DNA of 48,820 nucleotides, taken from an uncultured Eubacteriales bacterium. Its GTDB lineage: Bacteria; Bacillota; Clostridia; Peptostreptococcales; Anaerovoracaceae. The notes beneath the pieces are model-generated. The model was given only the letters and a program-made list of their open reading frames with translations. It was not told where the DNA came from and searched no databases. Position 1 is the first letter of the stretch, and every line of letters begins with the position of its first letter. This document shows positions 48,790 to 48,820 of the stretch, piece after piece. The position numbers and the translations under genes were made by a program. The DNA lies in the NCBI GenBank assembly GCA_900542245.1, contig UQMQ01000001.1, positions 1 to 48,820 of the forward strand, given 5' to 3'.

Positions 48790-48820
48790 ACAAAGTATAC
48801 AAAAGGGGAACAGTTGCATA

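Noticed and set aside
1..48820. CRISPR array, integrase/transposase, T-box leaders for hisS/aspS/leuS
   Set aside because: No regularly spaced repeats and no recombinase ORF seen; the synthetase genes have no leader space.

Overview
Chromosomal window from a Bacillota (Clostridia) anaerobe. The gene content and order are compatible with Peptostreptococcales/Anaerovoracaceae, but that placement is only an impression. There are two parts. (1) About 1-11560 is visibly more AT-rich and ends at the 3' end of a minus-strand tRNA-Ala(GGC), so it looks like one end of an integrated island. It carries an AraC regulator, a membrane GGDEF diguanylate cyclase, gene remnants, and a tightly coupled six-gene operon: VTC/CYTH polyphosphate-polymerase domain, DUF4956, CotH kinase, GH-A-like TIM barrel, HEAT repeat and processive GT2 synthase. 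(2) About 11900-48820 is GC-richer core genome, all on the + strand: yebC, 6S RNA, polA, coaE, orphan SBP, tRNA-Leu(CAA), yajC, secDF, relA, dtd, MBL hydrolase, hemZ, hisS, aspS, a fused nadD, yqeK, rsfS, leuS, rnj, ylbF, efp, mltG, O-methyltransferase, U32 protein, CBS protein, a HydABC-type StnABC/NfnABC transhydrogenase, azlCD and a 24-aa lipopeptide-like ORF. The best candidate for an undescribed system is the VTC-DUF4956-CotH-GH-HEAT-GT2 operon. Other leads are a possible recombinase-tail/att junction at tRNA-Ala, a ~500-nt structured intergenic region, palindromes inside reading frames, the NadD fusion and the micro-lipopeptide. All family assignments come from motif recognition by eye; no searches were run.
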